Shown: positions 12,026-21,942 of the stretch, one piece after another | How the letters are laid out: every line of letters begins with the position of its first letter | Numbering within the stretch: position 1 is the first letter of the stretch | Assembly: GCA_964016885.1 (NCBI GenBank) | Contig: OZ024740.1 | Coordinates: 179,552,001-179,616,000 of the forward strand | Length of the DNA: 64,000 nucleotides | Source of the DNA: Eledone cirrhosa | Lineage: Eukaryota | Reading direction: 5' to 3' | Made by a program: the position numbers and the translations under genes | The notes under the pieces: model-generated | Database searches by the model: none | Told to the model about the DNA's origin: nothing | What the model saw: the letters and a program-made list of their open reading frames with translations, nothing else

Positions 12026-14049
12026 GGGGGGATACCCTGCAACAACTCCAACTTCCTCAGTAAAGGCTCGAGAGTCAATACGTACAGAAGGGAGGAGAGA
12101 TGGCACCCCTGTCGAATGGATCGTGTGATTTCGAACGGCTTCGAAAGGTAGCCGTTCACCTTGATCCTAGAACAGATGTGGTTGCTATGTAGGGCAGTGT
12201 TCCAGCCTCTGAAAACAGGACCGAACCCAGCCGCCGCTAGCACCGCATCCAGGTAACCATGGTCGACCCTATCGAAGGCCTTAGACTGATCCAAGTTGAT
12301 CAGGGCCCCACCGAAGCCGGGTTTGTTGCCAACCCTCTCTATGATGTATCGCATGAGGTGGAGGTTATCGTGAATGGACCTGGATGGGATAGCACATGTC
12401 TGCGCATCTCCCACCAGGCCACCCACGACAAGCGCCAACCTCTTTGCTAACACCTTGGCCAAAATCTTTAACTCTGTGTTTAGCAGGGTTATGGGCCGAA
12501 AATTATTTATACTATCCCCCTTGTTCTCGTCCTTCCTCACCAGCGTGACTACGCCCTTGGCTACAGAACAAGGAATTCTCCCGTTCTGCTGCCAATTGCA
12601 GTAGACCGCTTCGAGGAGTTCGGAGAAGAAGACCGGCATTGCTAAATAAAGTTCGTAAGGTATACCATCGAGACCTGGAGATTTGCGTCTGCTGCATTGG
12701 CTCAGCGCATCTCCGATCTCGTCAGCCGAGATTGGTCCCTCGCAGGACTCTGCCTCTTTGTTCGAGAGACGCGGCAGGCCGTCGAGGTATGGACCGAAAT
12801 CCACGCCCCGGCCCGGACCCTCGCCTCCCCCGAACAATCGGGCAAAGTGCTTTTGAAAGGCCTCGCACATCTGCTTAGGCTCCCGGATCACTCGTCCATC
12901 TTCGTCTTGCAACGACCGGATGGTGGATCGATTTCCACTTTTAGCTTCTGTCACGCGGGCCCATCCAACGGCTTTGGCCCCCTCATTACCTAGAGCACGT
13001 ATTTTACTTCGAATGACGCAGCCTTCATGCTTTGCATCGAAAAACTGGTTCAAGGCCGTCCTCGATGCCAGCACTCTGGCCACATCTTCGCTCTTGATTG
13101 CCTCTTCTAATTTACCTGTTAATTCTTTCTCGTTTCTATTCCTATTGGCAGCTAACATCTTGCTATAACTTATTGATTCTGTTCTAATCTCTCTTTTGAG
13201 AGATGCCCACCATCGGTTGTTGACGATTGCACCCGTCAACCTCTCCTTAACTAATCTGCTAATCCGGTTTCTGTAAGTCTCTTTTGCCGGTAAAGACAAA
13301 TTAAGTTTCCAGTAACCGGGACCCTGTCTATGTGTTTTCTCGAGATTGACCACGCAGGTCACTAATTTGTGATCCGTGTAGCCAACCGTGCGCATTTCTG
13401 GACAGCTTAATATGTCCCTATCCTTACTTCTAACTAAGAATCTATCTAAGTACGATCTAGATTGACCACTGTGGTTTCTCCAAGTCCAGGTAGGCACAGT
13501 TGGAAAATCTAGTCGATATCTATCGACCAAGTTAAAACGGTCGAGTAACCCCTTGAGGCTGTTACACCCCCCTCTATTAGGACATGCTCCTGCATAGTCC
13601 CAACGTGCATCCAGGATGTCATTCCAATCCCCCGCTAGAAGCAGGGAACGCGACGTTCCCAGAAAAGTCTCCAAACGCTGGAAGAAGTCGGGCCGTTCAG
13701 CTCCGAAAGGGGAGTAGACGGCGACAAGTCTCAAGGCCGCACTTTCACTACTGCCAACGTCTAGCACCAACAAACGACCCTCCGGGTCCGAGTGCACAAC
13801 CTGTACGGCAAGACCCAGGTGTTTTTGCAGCAGCACGACAACCCCACCCCCACCTCCTGGTTGACAGAGAGATGCATGCACCTCAAAGTCATCGAAGGTG
13901 GGGGCCAGCTGCCGCATGACGCTGATTCGAGTCTCACAGATAACCATTACATTTATACTACATGACCTGAGGTCATTTAGAAGCTTTGCTTGCTTCCAAG
14001 TTGAGCCCAGGCCACGTGCATTCAAACATCCTACTCTTAACACATCCAT
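11983..14049 (-). CDS. LINE ORF2 N-terminal part: APE endonuclease + RT N-terminal motifs
   Basis: LNARGL, ICETR, VYSP, GDWN, YLDRFLV, TDHK (APE); GPGYWKLN (Tx1/L1-type linker); KSPGLDG, FRPITLLN, LDQSKAFDRVDH, RQGC (RT). Confidence 0.93.
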   Translation of the reverse strand: MDVLRVGCLNARGLGSTWKQAKLLNDLRSCSINVMVICETRISVMRQLAPTFDDFEVHASLCQPGGGGGVVVLLQKHLGLAVQVVHSDPEGRLLVLDVGSSESAALRLVAVYSPFGAERPDFFQRLETFLGTSRSLLLAGDWNDILDARWDYAGACPNRGGCNSLKGLLDRFNLVDRYRLDFPTVPTWTWRNHSGQSRSYLDRFLVRSKDRDILSCPEMRTVGYTDHKLVTCVVNLEKTHRQGPGYWKLNLSLPAKETYRNRISRLVKERLTGAIVNNRWWASLKREIRTESISYSKMLAANRNRNEKELTGKLEEAIKSEDVARVLASRTALNQFFDAKHEGCVIRSKIRALGNEGAKAVGWARVTEAKSGNRSTIRSLQDEDGRVIREPKQMCEAFQKHFARLFGGGEGPGRGVDFGPYLDGLPRLSNKEAESCEGPISADEIGDALSQCSRRKSPGLDGIPYELYLAMPVFFSELLEAVYCNWQQNGRIPCSVAKGVVTLVRKDENKGDSINNFRPITLLNTELKILAKVLAKRLALVVGGLVGDAQTCAIPSRSIHDNLHLMRYIIERVGNKPGFGGALINLDQSKAFDRVDHGYLDAVLAAAGFGPVFRGWNTALHSNHICSRIKVNGYLSKPFEITRSIRQGCHLSSLLYVLTLEPLLRKLELLQGIPPGTRIEQSGVGLRR

Positions 14050-14082
14050 GTGGGCGGCAGAGCCAAAGGAGAGTGTAGAGAC

Positions 14083-15984
14083 CTACCTTTCCGCTTCCCG
14101 GGGTTCGGGTTGCACGACTTCCATGGGGTCGGGGGTGTTTGGTGAAGGGGTGTCTTGTGGTGGTGTGGGGTCGTCAGTGTGTGGTGGGGTTGGGGTGTTT
14201 GGAGTTGTGTTGGGGAGGGGAAGGGGAGGAAGAAAGCTTTTTAGTAGGACGCGGTTTATGGGTTTGACAGAGGGTGGTCCTACGTCCTCCTTAAAATCCT
14301 TTTTTAGTTTTTGGTAGAGGTTCATTGGGATTTTTATTAGTTTTAAATGTGGGTGGTTTTCTGACGAAACAAAGTTTACACCTTCGGTTTGTACCGAAGG
14401 GTTATTGTATATGAGTTCATTTAATTTATTATTGTTTCTGTTGATGTAAGTGTAGTGTAATGTCTTTTTTTCCGATGGTGTGAGTGTTTCGAAGAGGGGA
14501 GGGGCAGGTTTGGTTTTGTTTGTTGCTGGAGGGGTGTTTTCTGTTTTGTTAGATTGTGTTGCGATTTGGGTGGGGGTTGTTTGTCCTTGTGTGTTTTGCA
14601 CATGTTTTCTTTTTTTCCTTTTAATCTGTCTGAAGGACTCCGTTTCTTCCTCCGAATTCGTTGGGTTATCTTCAGTGTTGGAGGGAAGAGGTATGTTTGC
14701 TGGTAATGTTTCCGTGTTGGTTTTCTTTGTGGGGGAGATGGATGTCACTATGTTAGACTGTGTTGTGTGTTGTGTCTGCGGTGGTTGTGTTGTTTTATTG
14801 AGTGAGAGGTTGGGTGGGCCTGTATTTTGTTTTGGGGTAATGTGTTGTGACTGTTTGTGTTGTGGTGGTGTTGTGGTGTTACTGTGGGACGGGTTGGGTG
14901 GGACTGAGTTTTGTTGTTTGTTTATCTGTTGTGGTGGTGGTGGTGGAGCTGGTGTTGGTAGCAGGGTTTTCTTTTTGTTGAGTTGGGGACAAGCGGCCTT
15001 CAGGTGCCCTCTGCCTGCACAGATATGGCAGGACGGCCTTCTCCCCTCCACGCTAATGTTTATATACCCGTGGTCCTCTAATAGGATTCTGTCGGGTATT
15101 TGGGCGATGCGTTCAGGCTTCATTTGTACTACCAGCTCTATACCTGTTCCACTGAACGCATTGCCTGTGGTTTTCCCAATGGAAATCACGTTGTCATTCA
15201 CTGGATCGATGAAGCCAGCTATGAGCCAGCAGTAGTCCACATCTGGCATCATTGCATCCAACCATATGCGTTGAGTTTTTTTTCCCATATAAGATGGATA
15301 AAAGGTGAAATTTTTCGAACGAATCGGTGACAAAGCACATTTTTTTGCCGCCGATTCGTTCTTCATGATAATTGCTAGGCTTCCATACAGTCTGTCTTTT
15401 CTTATGAAAGTTGTTTCATTCAGTACTTCTGTGAGTACTGTTTTGATATCTGCTTGAGAAGGCTGTTCAGGTTTTTTTGTACTGTTGTTGATGGTCCGAA
15501 ACTTGACCGTTCGGCTTTCAATGTCTTTCGTGAATTCTTGAGGCATTTTTACCAATAAAATACCATTCTCACCTTCACTTATGTATTGTTTTGCGTCCGT
15601 GATCCTTCGTACCACATCTGAAATGTTTTCCGCTATATAAGTCAAAGATTTCTTTGTTTTCTGTGCAAATGAAATCTTGTCGTCTGCTTTGTTTTCTGAT
15701 ATGATGTTATTTTCAACTGTTATTTTTTTGTTTGTTGTGTCTTTGTTTGTGTTATTAGTATTGTCATGCAATTTTTCAAATTTTTTTTTTTCGTTGTTGG
15801 AATCCAAGTCCAGATTTATGTTTTCGTCATTTAATTTTTTCTCCGCAGATTCGTCCGTTTTTATTTTCATTTTTCCTTCCTTCTCTATGACGTTAGTTGG
15901 GAAGGAAGGGAGGACTAAAGCGTGCGAGCTTACAACTCTTACCGCTGTCCCCCCACCACTATTTTCGTTCGCTGCGTTTAACAT
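14083..15984 (-). CDS. LINE ORF1 gag-like nucleic-acid-binding protein (633 aa from the first ATG)
   Basis: Open frame with CHICAGRGHLKAAC (CX2CX4HX4C) knuckle and a Pro/Thr/Gln-rich tail; first true ATG at 15984 (the ORF track start at 16134 is GTG). Confidence 0.88.
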   Translation of the reverse strand: MLNAANENSGGGTAVRVVSSHALVLPSFPTNVIEKEGKMKIKTDESAEKKLNDENINLDLDSNNEKKKFEKLHDNTNNTNKDTTNKKITVENNIISENKADDKISFAQKTKKSLTYIAENISDVVRRITDAKQYISEGENGILLVKMPQEFTKDIESRTVKFRTINNSTKKPEQPSQADIKTVLTEVLNETTFIRKDRLYGSLAIIMKNESAAKKCALSPIRSKNFTFYPSYMGKKTQRIWLDAMMPDVDYCWLIAGFIDPVNDNVISIGKTTGNAFSGTGIELVVQMKPERIAQIPDRILLEDHGYINISVEGRRPSCHICAGRGHLKAACPQLNKKKTLLPTPAPPPPPQQINKQQNSVPPNPSHSNTTTPPQHKQSQHITPKQNTGPPNLSLNKTTQPPQTQHTTQSNIVTSISPTKKTNTETLPANIPLPSNTEDNPTNSEEETESFRQIKRKKRKHVQNTQGQTTPTQIATQSNKTENTPPATNKTKPAPPLFETLTPSEKKTLHYTYINRNNNKLNELIYNNPSVQTEGVNFVSSENHPHLKLIKIPMNLYQKLKKDFKEDVGPPSVKPINRVLLKSFLPPLPLPNTTPNTPTPPHTDDPTPPQDTPSPNTPDPMEVVQPEPREAER

Positions 15985-16215
15985 TTCTGTTAGACGATTG
16001 AAATTTTTTACACAAAATTTTTTTAAAACAGGTTTTTCACTTCTAGGAGGGGTAAAGATGAGCTGACCCACCGCCTGACAGTTCAGACGGAGGGTCAAGC
16101 TACACAATTGTATCAAAATTAAGTTTGAACTCACAAAATTTCCTCAATAAATTTGAACAAAACTTCTGTGCGAAGTGAATGACATCCACACTGTAGAACA
16201 GACGACAGCTAGATT

Positions 16216-16253
<38 letters not shown>

Positions 16254-16314
16254 CGTGTAGCAAACACACACATACACATTTCTTACTCTCTCTATCCATC
16301 CCTTTTCCCTCGTC

Positions 16315-16386
<72 letters not shown>

Positions 16387-16646
16387 GGAAAAGAATGAAA
16401 TGAAGTTTCATATCTCACTCTTAGTACGGCTGATACTTAAATGTAAGTATGTATACGTACATACACATATGTGTACACACGTAAAGTAGTATGTATATAT
16501 GTACATACATGCACACATATATATATGTACGTATGGGTTTACGAACATTTATTATAATCTTCGGTTTTTTGTAAACAAACAGCCCGAATTAAGATGTAAA
16601 ATGTTCGGTAACTATCGTCGCCCTTTTGTTCAAAACTGACAAAGGA

Positions 16647-16689
16647 ACGATGAACTAATTTCAAGCTTATTAGCTATCGTCAGCATCGT
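16647..16689 (-). ncRNA. Type I hammerhead ribozyme (family E)
   Basis: Reverse complement: ACGAUG-CUGACGA-U-AGCU(AAUA)AGCU-U-GAAA-UUAG-UU^CAUCGU. Confidence 0.75.
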
Positions 16690-16919
16690 ATACCTTCCTG
16701 TCAGATGATTGAACGTTTGAAATTATATACTTTCCTTATGCATATTAACGGCTGAGCAGCCTAATTTGCATATCGAGTGAGTTAGTCGGCCGGGCTTACC
16801 GAAATCGATAAATGGAAAAGAATAAAATGAAATTTCAATTGTCACTCTTAGTACGGCTGATACTTAAATGTAAGTATGTATATGTACGTACATACATATA
16901 TGTATACAGATGTACAGTA

Positions 16920-16958
<39 letters not shown>

Positions 16959-17426
16959 CATGCACACACATATATATATATATATGTACGTATGGGTTTA
17001 CCGAACATTTATTATAATGTTCGGTTTGTTTTTAAACAAACAGCCCGAATTAAGCCGTACAGTGTTCATCAACCATCGTCGTCCTTTTGTTCAACACGGC
17101 TTAATTCGGGCTGTTTCTTTACAAACAAATCGAAAATTATAATAAATGTTCGGTAAACGTACATATATGTATGTGTGCATGTATGTATATATAAACATAC
17201 CACTGTACGTCTGTATACATATAGGTATGTACGTATACATACTTACATTTAAGTATCAGCCGTACTAAGAGTGAGAAATGAAATTTCATTTCATTCTTTT
17301 CCATTTATCGTTTTCGGTACGCGCGGCCGATTAGCTCACTAGATATGAAAATTAGGCTGCTCAGCCGTTAATATACATAGGGAAAGTATATACTTTCAAA
17401 CGTTCAATCACATGACAGGAAGGTAT

Positions 17427-17469
17427 ACGATGCTGACGATAGCTAATAAGCTTGAAACTAGTTCATCGT
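17427..17469 (+). ncRNA. Type I hammerhead ribozyme (family E)
   Basis: ACGAUG-CUGACGA-U-AGCU(AAUA)AGCU-U-GAAA-CUAG-UU^CAUCGU; 6-bp stem I; palindromic stem III region AACUAGUU. Confidence 0.82.
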
Positions 17470-17528
17470 TCCTTTGTCAGTGTTGAACAAAAGGGCGACT
17501 ATGGTTGCCGAACACTGTACGGCTTAAT

Positions 17529-19810
17529 GTGAGATTCCTTGCTGATGCGCTGGGTGTGGGTGGCATTATCTTTAAATTTGTAGAGGGGAAAGATTCTAAA
17601 GTTGGGATGATTTTGGGCGGCACAATCATCAATGTGTTCACTCACTGGTATTTTCCTGTATTCCCGTATTTTAATTTGGGATCTATGGACAGTCATGTGT
17701 TGGCGGAGACTGTCTTTGGTCTGGCCTATGTATTGTTCTCGACAACCTGAGCAAGTTAATACATATATTAGGTTTTTCTGATGCGTATGTGAAATTGTGT
17801 TTTACTATAAAACGTTGTCCTTCTTTGAAATAGAATTCCGAACCGTCTATTAGGTTGATGCATATGCCACAGTTGGGTCTATCGCATTTTTTTACCGTGG
17901 GTTTCGTTGTTGTGGTTGGCAGTACTTTGGCATGTGTTAGGATGTTTTTCATTGACTTAGATTGTCTTTTGCACTCTATGATATCGTGTGTTCGAAGGAT
18001 TTGGTTCATTCTATGGTCCTTTTTTAACACAGGGATGTTCTGGAGGACGGTGTCAAAGGCCTCATTGTTGAGGGGTTGTGTGTGGAGATGTATGGAAGAG
18101 CTTTTAGTTTCGCTTGATTTACATGAGGGTGTCTAAGGTCCTGGGTACTGAGTTTTAGGGCACGTTGGATTCCATTGTCAATTAGTGATGCAGGGTAGTC
18201 CCTGCCTATGTGTATGTCCTTTAGTTCTTGTAGCCGTAAGTAACAGGTGTTTTTATTGGAGACTATAGTACAGTTTCTCTTGGCTAAGTTGTAGGGAATA
18301 TTAATTTTAACGTGTCTAGGGTGGCAAGAATTGAAAGGAACATATTGCTTGCAGTCTGTGGGCTTGTAGTATATGTCTGTTTCTATTTTTTTGTTATGAA
18401 TCTTAATGAGGATGTCGAGGAAGGGGAGTTGTTGATGGATGTATTCCATCGTAAAGTTAATATTCGTGTTGAGCCCATTTATAAGGGTGTGAAATTCTTT
18501 AAGTTTCTCGATGTTTTCGTGCCAAAGGATGAAGCAGTCATCTAGATATGGCTTCCAGTTCTTTTCTGTGTGTAAGTGGAGAGTGTTTCCGAATTTGTTT
18601 AGGACTTTAGTTTAAAGGTTGATTTCCAGGTATCTCATGACTAGGTTGGCATAAGTGGGGGCTGTTTTCGTTCCCATAGCGGTCCCAGATTTCTGCCTGT
18701 AGGGTTTGTTATTGAAAACGAAGTAATTGTTCTCCAAGATAAATTTGAGTCCCTCTATCACGAATTCGTTTTTGATGCGTTGTGGGAGTTCATTGTGGTA
18801 ATTATCCAGCCAGAATTGGATAGCTTCTATTCCTAGGTTGTGGGGGATGTTGGAGTATAGGTTGACTACATCGAACGTCACTAGTAGCGTTTGTTCAAAA
18901 AGGGGCATATTGGGGAGGTGATTGAGCATATCTAGGTCGTCCCTTATATAGATTTTGATGTGTTTGAGAAAATGCTAGAGAAGGGTATCAATGAAGTTGC
19001 TAAGGCGATGGGTTTCGCAAGCGGGTCTGCTATTATAGGTCTTAATTTGAGATCATTGGGTGAGGGGACATTGATGACTATGTCTGTGGCTTCCTTGCAT
19101 GCCTTACTTATTAATTCGCTTTTATGTACTTTAGGGATACCGTAGAAAAGTATGGATTTACTTGTGAAGTCTGTGATGAAGCTGAATTCCTTGTTAGTGT
19201 GTCCTTCTTTCTATTGGTTGATCAGAGTTTTTAGGTTTCTCATAATTTTCTGTTGATTGTAGTGTTCAGCCTTTTCGTAGTATGTTTCGTTTTCCAAAGT
19301 GGAGAGCGCTAAGTTGATACAGAATTATGTCTCCATTAGGACTACTGTACTCCCTTTATCAGCCTCTTTAATTGTAATGGTTCTGTCGGTTTTTAATCTA
19401 TTTAATTCTTCCCATTCTTTCTTGTTGAGGTTTGGCTTGTGTTTTTGTCTGTGCAAGTGTTGGTGAGGGAAGTTTGTGATGTGTTCACAGAATTCGTCCA
19501 GGATTTTATTTCTATCTTTTGATGGGGTGTAGTTGCTTCTATTTCTGGCTAATGATTCATCCTCATTGTACTGGTCGAATAGTTCTTCACCGAGTCGTAA
19601 CTTTCTACAGAAGTCTGTGATGTCTTCCTTCATTTCATAGTAGTTAGGACGTAGTGGGGTCGGTGTGAATTTAAGACCTTTGGAGAGTAAGTTGATAAGG
19701 TCGGGTGTTGGATCTGCACTAGTTAGATTGATATTTTTTATTACTCTCGGTTTCTCCTCCCTGTCTTGTGTTATTTTGTTTGCCTGTATCTGTGTGCTGT
19801 GTCTAAAAAA
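17529..19810 (-). pseudogene. PLE reverse transcriptase + Cys linker + GIY-YIG endonuclease (frameshifted)
   Basis: LLSKGLKFTPTP, IKEADKGSTVV, VTFDVVNLYSNIP, GTAMGTKTAPTYANL, PYLDDCF, LPFLDI, YYKPT, CDRPNCGIC, LIYVLTCSGC..YIGQT. Confidence 0.92.
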
Positions 19811-21085
19811 TGGTTGGGGTAGAGGGGTTGTCTGCTGATGTTAAGTGGTCTCCTGTGTTTGTTATATTCCTTGTTGTTGTAAAATGTGGTTCGGGTTCGT
19901 GGTTGTAGATTGAATGGGGTGTTCCTGTATTGCGAGTATGGATGTGTGTTTCTATGTGCCATGTTGGATGAGGTGTTATAGGTGGCTTACGTTGTTGGTT
20001 GTATCGTGTGTTGTGGGTTTGTTTTGTATTGTGGAAGTGAGAGTTGAGAAAATGGAAATTACCTTGCTGTCCCTTTGAAGCGGGGAAGTTGTTACATCTA
20101 TCATGGTGGTGGTATCTTTTCCCTATGTTTGACGATGAGGCATCCGTGTAGTAGTTGAGTGATTTGGTATGGTGTCTCCTTGAAGGCGGAAAGTTGTAAA
20201 TGTCATTCTGGTGGTGATGATTTCTAGGGTTTTTGTTCCTTCTTATGGAAGCGTGGTTGGGAAGTTCATCTTCGGTGTGGTGCTTCCTTCTTCTTTTGTT
20301 AGTGGCTGGGGGGTTTGCGAAGTTGTTGTGTGGTTCGGTTATGGGTTTTCCTATTTTTATGAACGGGTTATTGGAGGTGTAATCCGTTTGAAAAGTCGAT
20401 TCATAGTTTAGGAACCAAGCGGCACTTTTTTTCCAGCGTTGAAGGGATTTCAGTTCTTCTCTGTTGCAGTCACCTTTCCATAATTTAGAGATCTTCTCTA
20501 TAATAGGTCCTTCAGTCTTATTGTTGATACCCAGGAGGATCTCTTCATCGATGGTTTTGATTTTTTCCTCATTTGTCTGGGCCCTCAATTTAAGAAGTTC
20601 TATTTCTGTCTTCATTTTTTCCAATGCCCATTCTTTTCCTAAGGTGTCTTTGAGGTTCGGGTTCATTTGTAATGGACTTTATTTGTATTTTACGGGGGAG
20701 AGTTAGAGGGGTTGAGTTGAGCCATTTTTCATATATCTCCGCTTTGTTGGGATTTTGTATCATCTTCCAGAATGAGGACTTTCTGTCTCTGAGGGATTTG
20801 GTCCATTTTGGAATTGTTCGAATTTTCATTTTGTATGAATCAATCTCACATGGTTCTTCGTTTGTTTTTTCCTGGGTTGGTAGTAGTGAACATAGTTTGG
20901 ATAGTATCGCAAAGGTTTTGAAGTTTATCGCCGATTTCGGAGGGTTTGTATCCGGTGACGGTTTCCTCATTTGTGGAGTCAAGTATGTCGACCAGCACAG
21001 ATAGGTTGATGTTAATTTTCGTGAGTTCCAGTAGAATCTCTTCATTTGTGTTGATAAAAGTTGTATCTGTTTTTGTTGGCCATTC
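19771..21085 (-). pseudogene. PLE upstream ORF (coiled-coil-like plus N/H/R-rich low-complexity region), frameshifted
   Basis: Overlapping ORFs 20846-21178, 20590-21045, 19803-20666 and 19771-19962; heptad-like ALEKMKTEIELLKLRAQTNEEKIKTIDEEIL. Confidence 0.65.
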
Positions 21086-21107
21086 CTGTATCTCGTGTGA
21101 GGATATG

Positions 21108-21568
21108 ATATTTACAAGAATAGAGGTGTAACACAGGAGTTGTGATATATTGCTAAAAAGAAAAGAAAATGCTGACAAACTGTTCCCAGTGAAAAATAGT
21201 ATAATTAGGAATAAGTAAACATTAATAATAAGTATTGGTTAGTATTCAGTTTTAGTTTTAAGCTTTTACCGGTTGCACATTTCTAATGCTTTTCAAAAAT
21301 AATTTTGAGATAGAGCGCCCGTGATGTTTGTTCTAATCTGATTAGTTTTGGAAATTCTACCTGTTTTATGTGAAAAGAGTGGCTCCAGAGGTATTAAAAT
21401 AAGTTTCGCGCCAATTCGTGTTGCAAAAATTCTTGTGGTCAAAACAATTTTGATTGGTAGAGGTCACGTGAATGTTAAAAATTGATTTTGCGCCAAAGGT
21501 AGGTTTGTCGAAGAGCGTCCTTTTTCACCTGATTGAGAAGTCACTGAAAAATAAGTCTTTTAAGACAA

Positions 21569-21604
<36 letters not shown>

Positions 21605-21700
21605 TAAAGAGGTTCATTGCTGTGATAATGGTCAATAGGGATGTGTGTGTGAATTGCAGTCGTGTTGAAAGGTCAACAGTTCAGGTGCCTATTAAGACAA

Positions 21701-21744
<44 letters not shown>

Positions 21745-21899
21745 CAGAGTAATTCGTGGTAGAGGGATCGGTCAGTAGGAATGAGTCTGTACGTGTGTGG
21801 GGGATATTTTAACATATTGAAATATATATTTCATCTCTTGTCTTATACGGAGAAGTGTGTGTGTATATGTCTCTTTGTATGTTAGTGTACGTGTGTGTA

Positions 21900-21942
<43 letters not shown>

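Larger units (their letters stand above)
10395..16209 (-). mobile_element. Near-intact full-length Tx1/L1-clade LINE inserted in (GATA)n
   Basis: ORF1 with a zinc knuckle plus ORF2 (APE-RT-Zn); the 3' end on minus is AATAAAGAAATG then (TATC)n; (GATA)n also flanks the 5' end at 16210-16252. Confidence 0.95.
16381..17528. mobile_element. Hammerhead-containing retrozyme-like element, family E (unit about 425 nt): 1.7 tandem units on minus plus one inverted permuted unit
   Basis: ATAAATGGAAAAGAAT at 16381 and 16808 (period 427); inverted unit 17096-17528 is bounded by ACGGCTTAAT twice; (TA)n at the left end. Confidence 0.85.

Noticed and set aside
14480-15235. 251-aa antisense ORF inside LINE ORF1
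   Set aside because: Expected shadow of an A/C-rich low-complexity sense strand; no recognisable motif.
17529-21085. Selenocysteine (UGA) recoding as in Naiad PLEs
   Set aside because: EN is C-terminal, and the breaks I examined are frameshifts or mixed stops rather than UGA at Cys positions.
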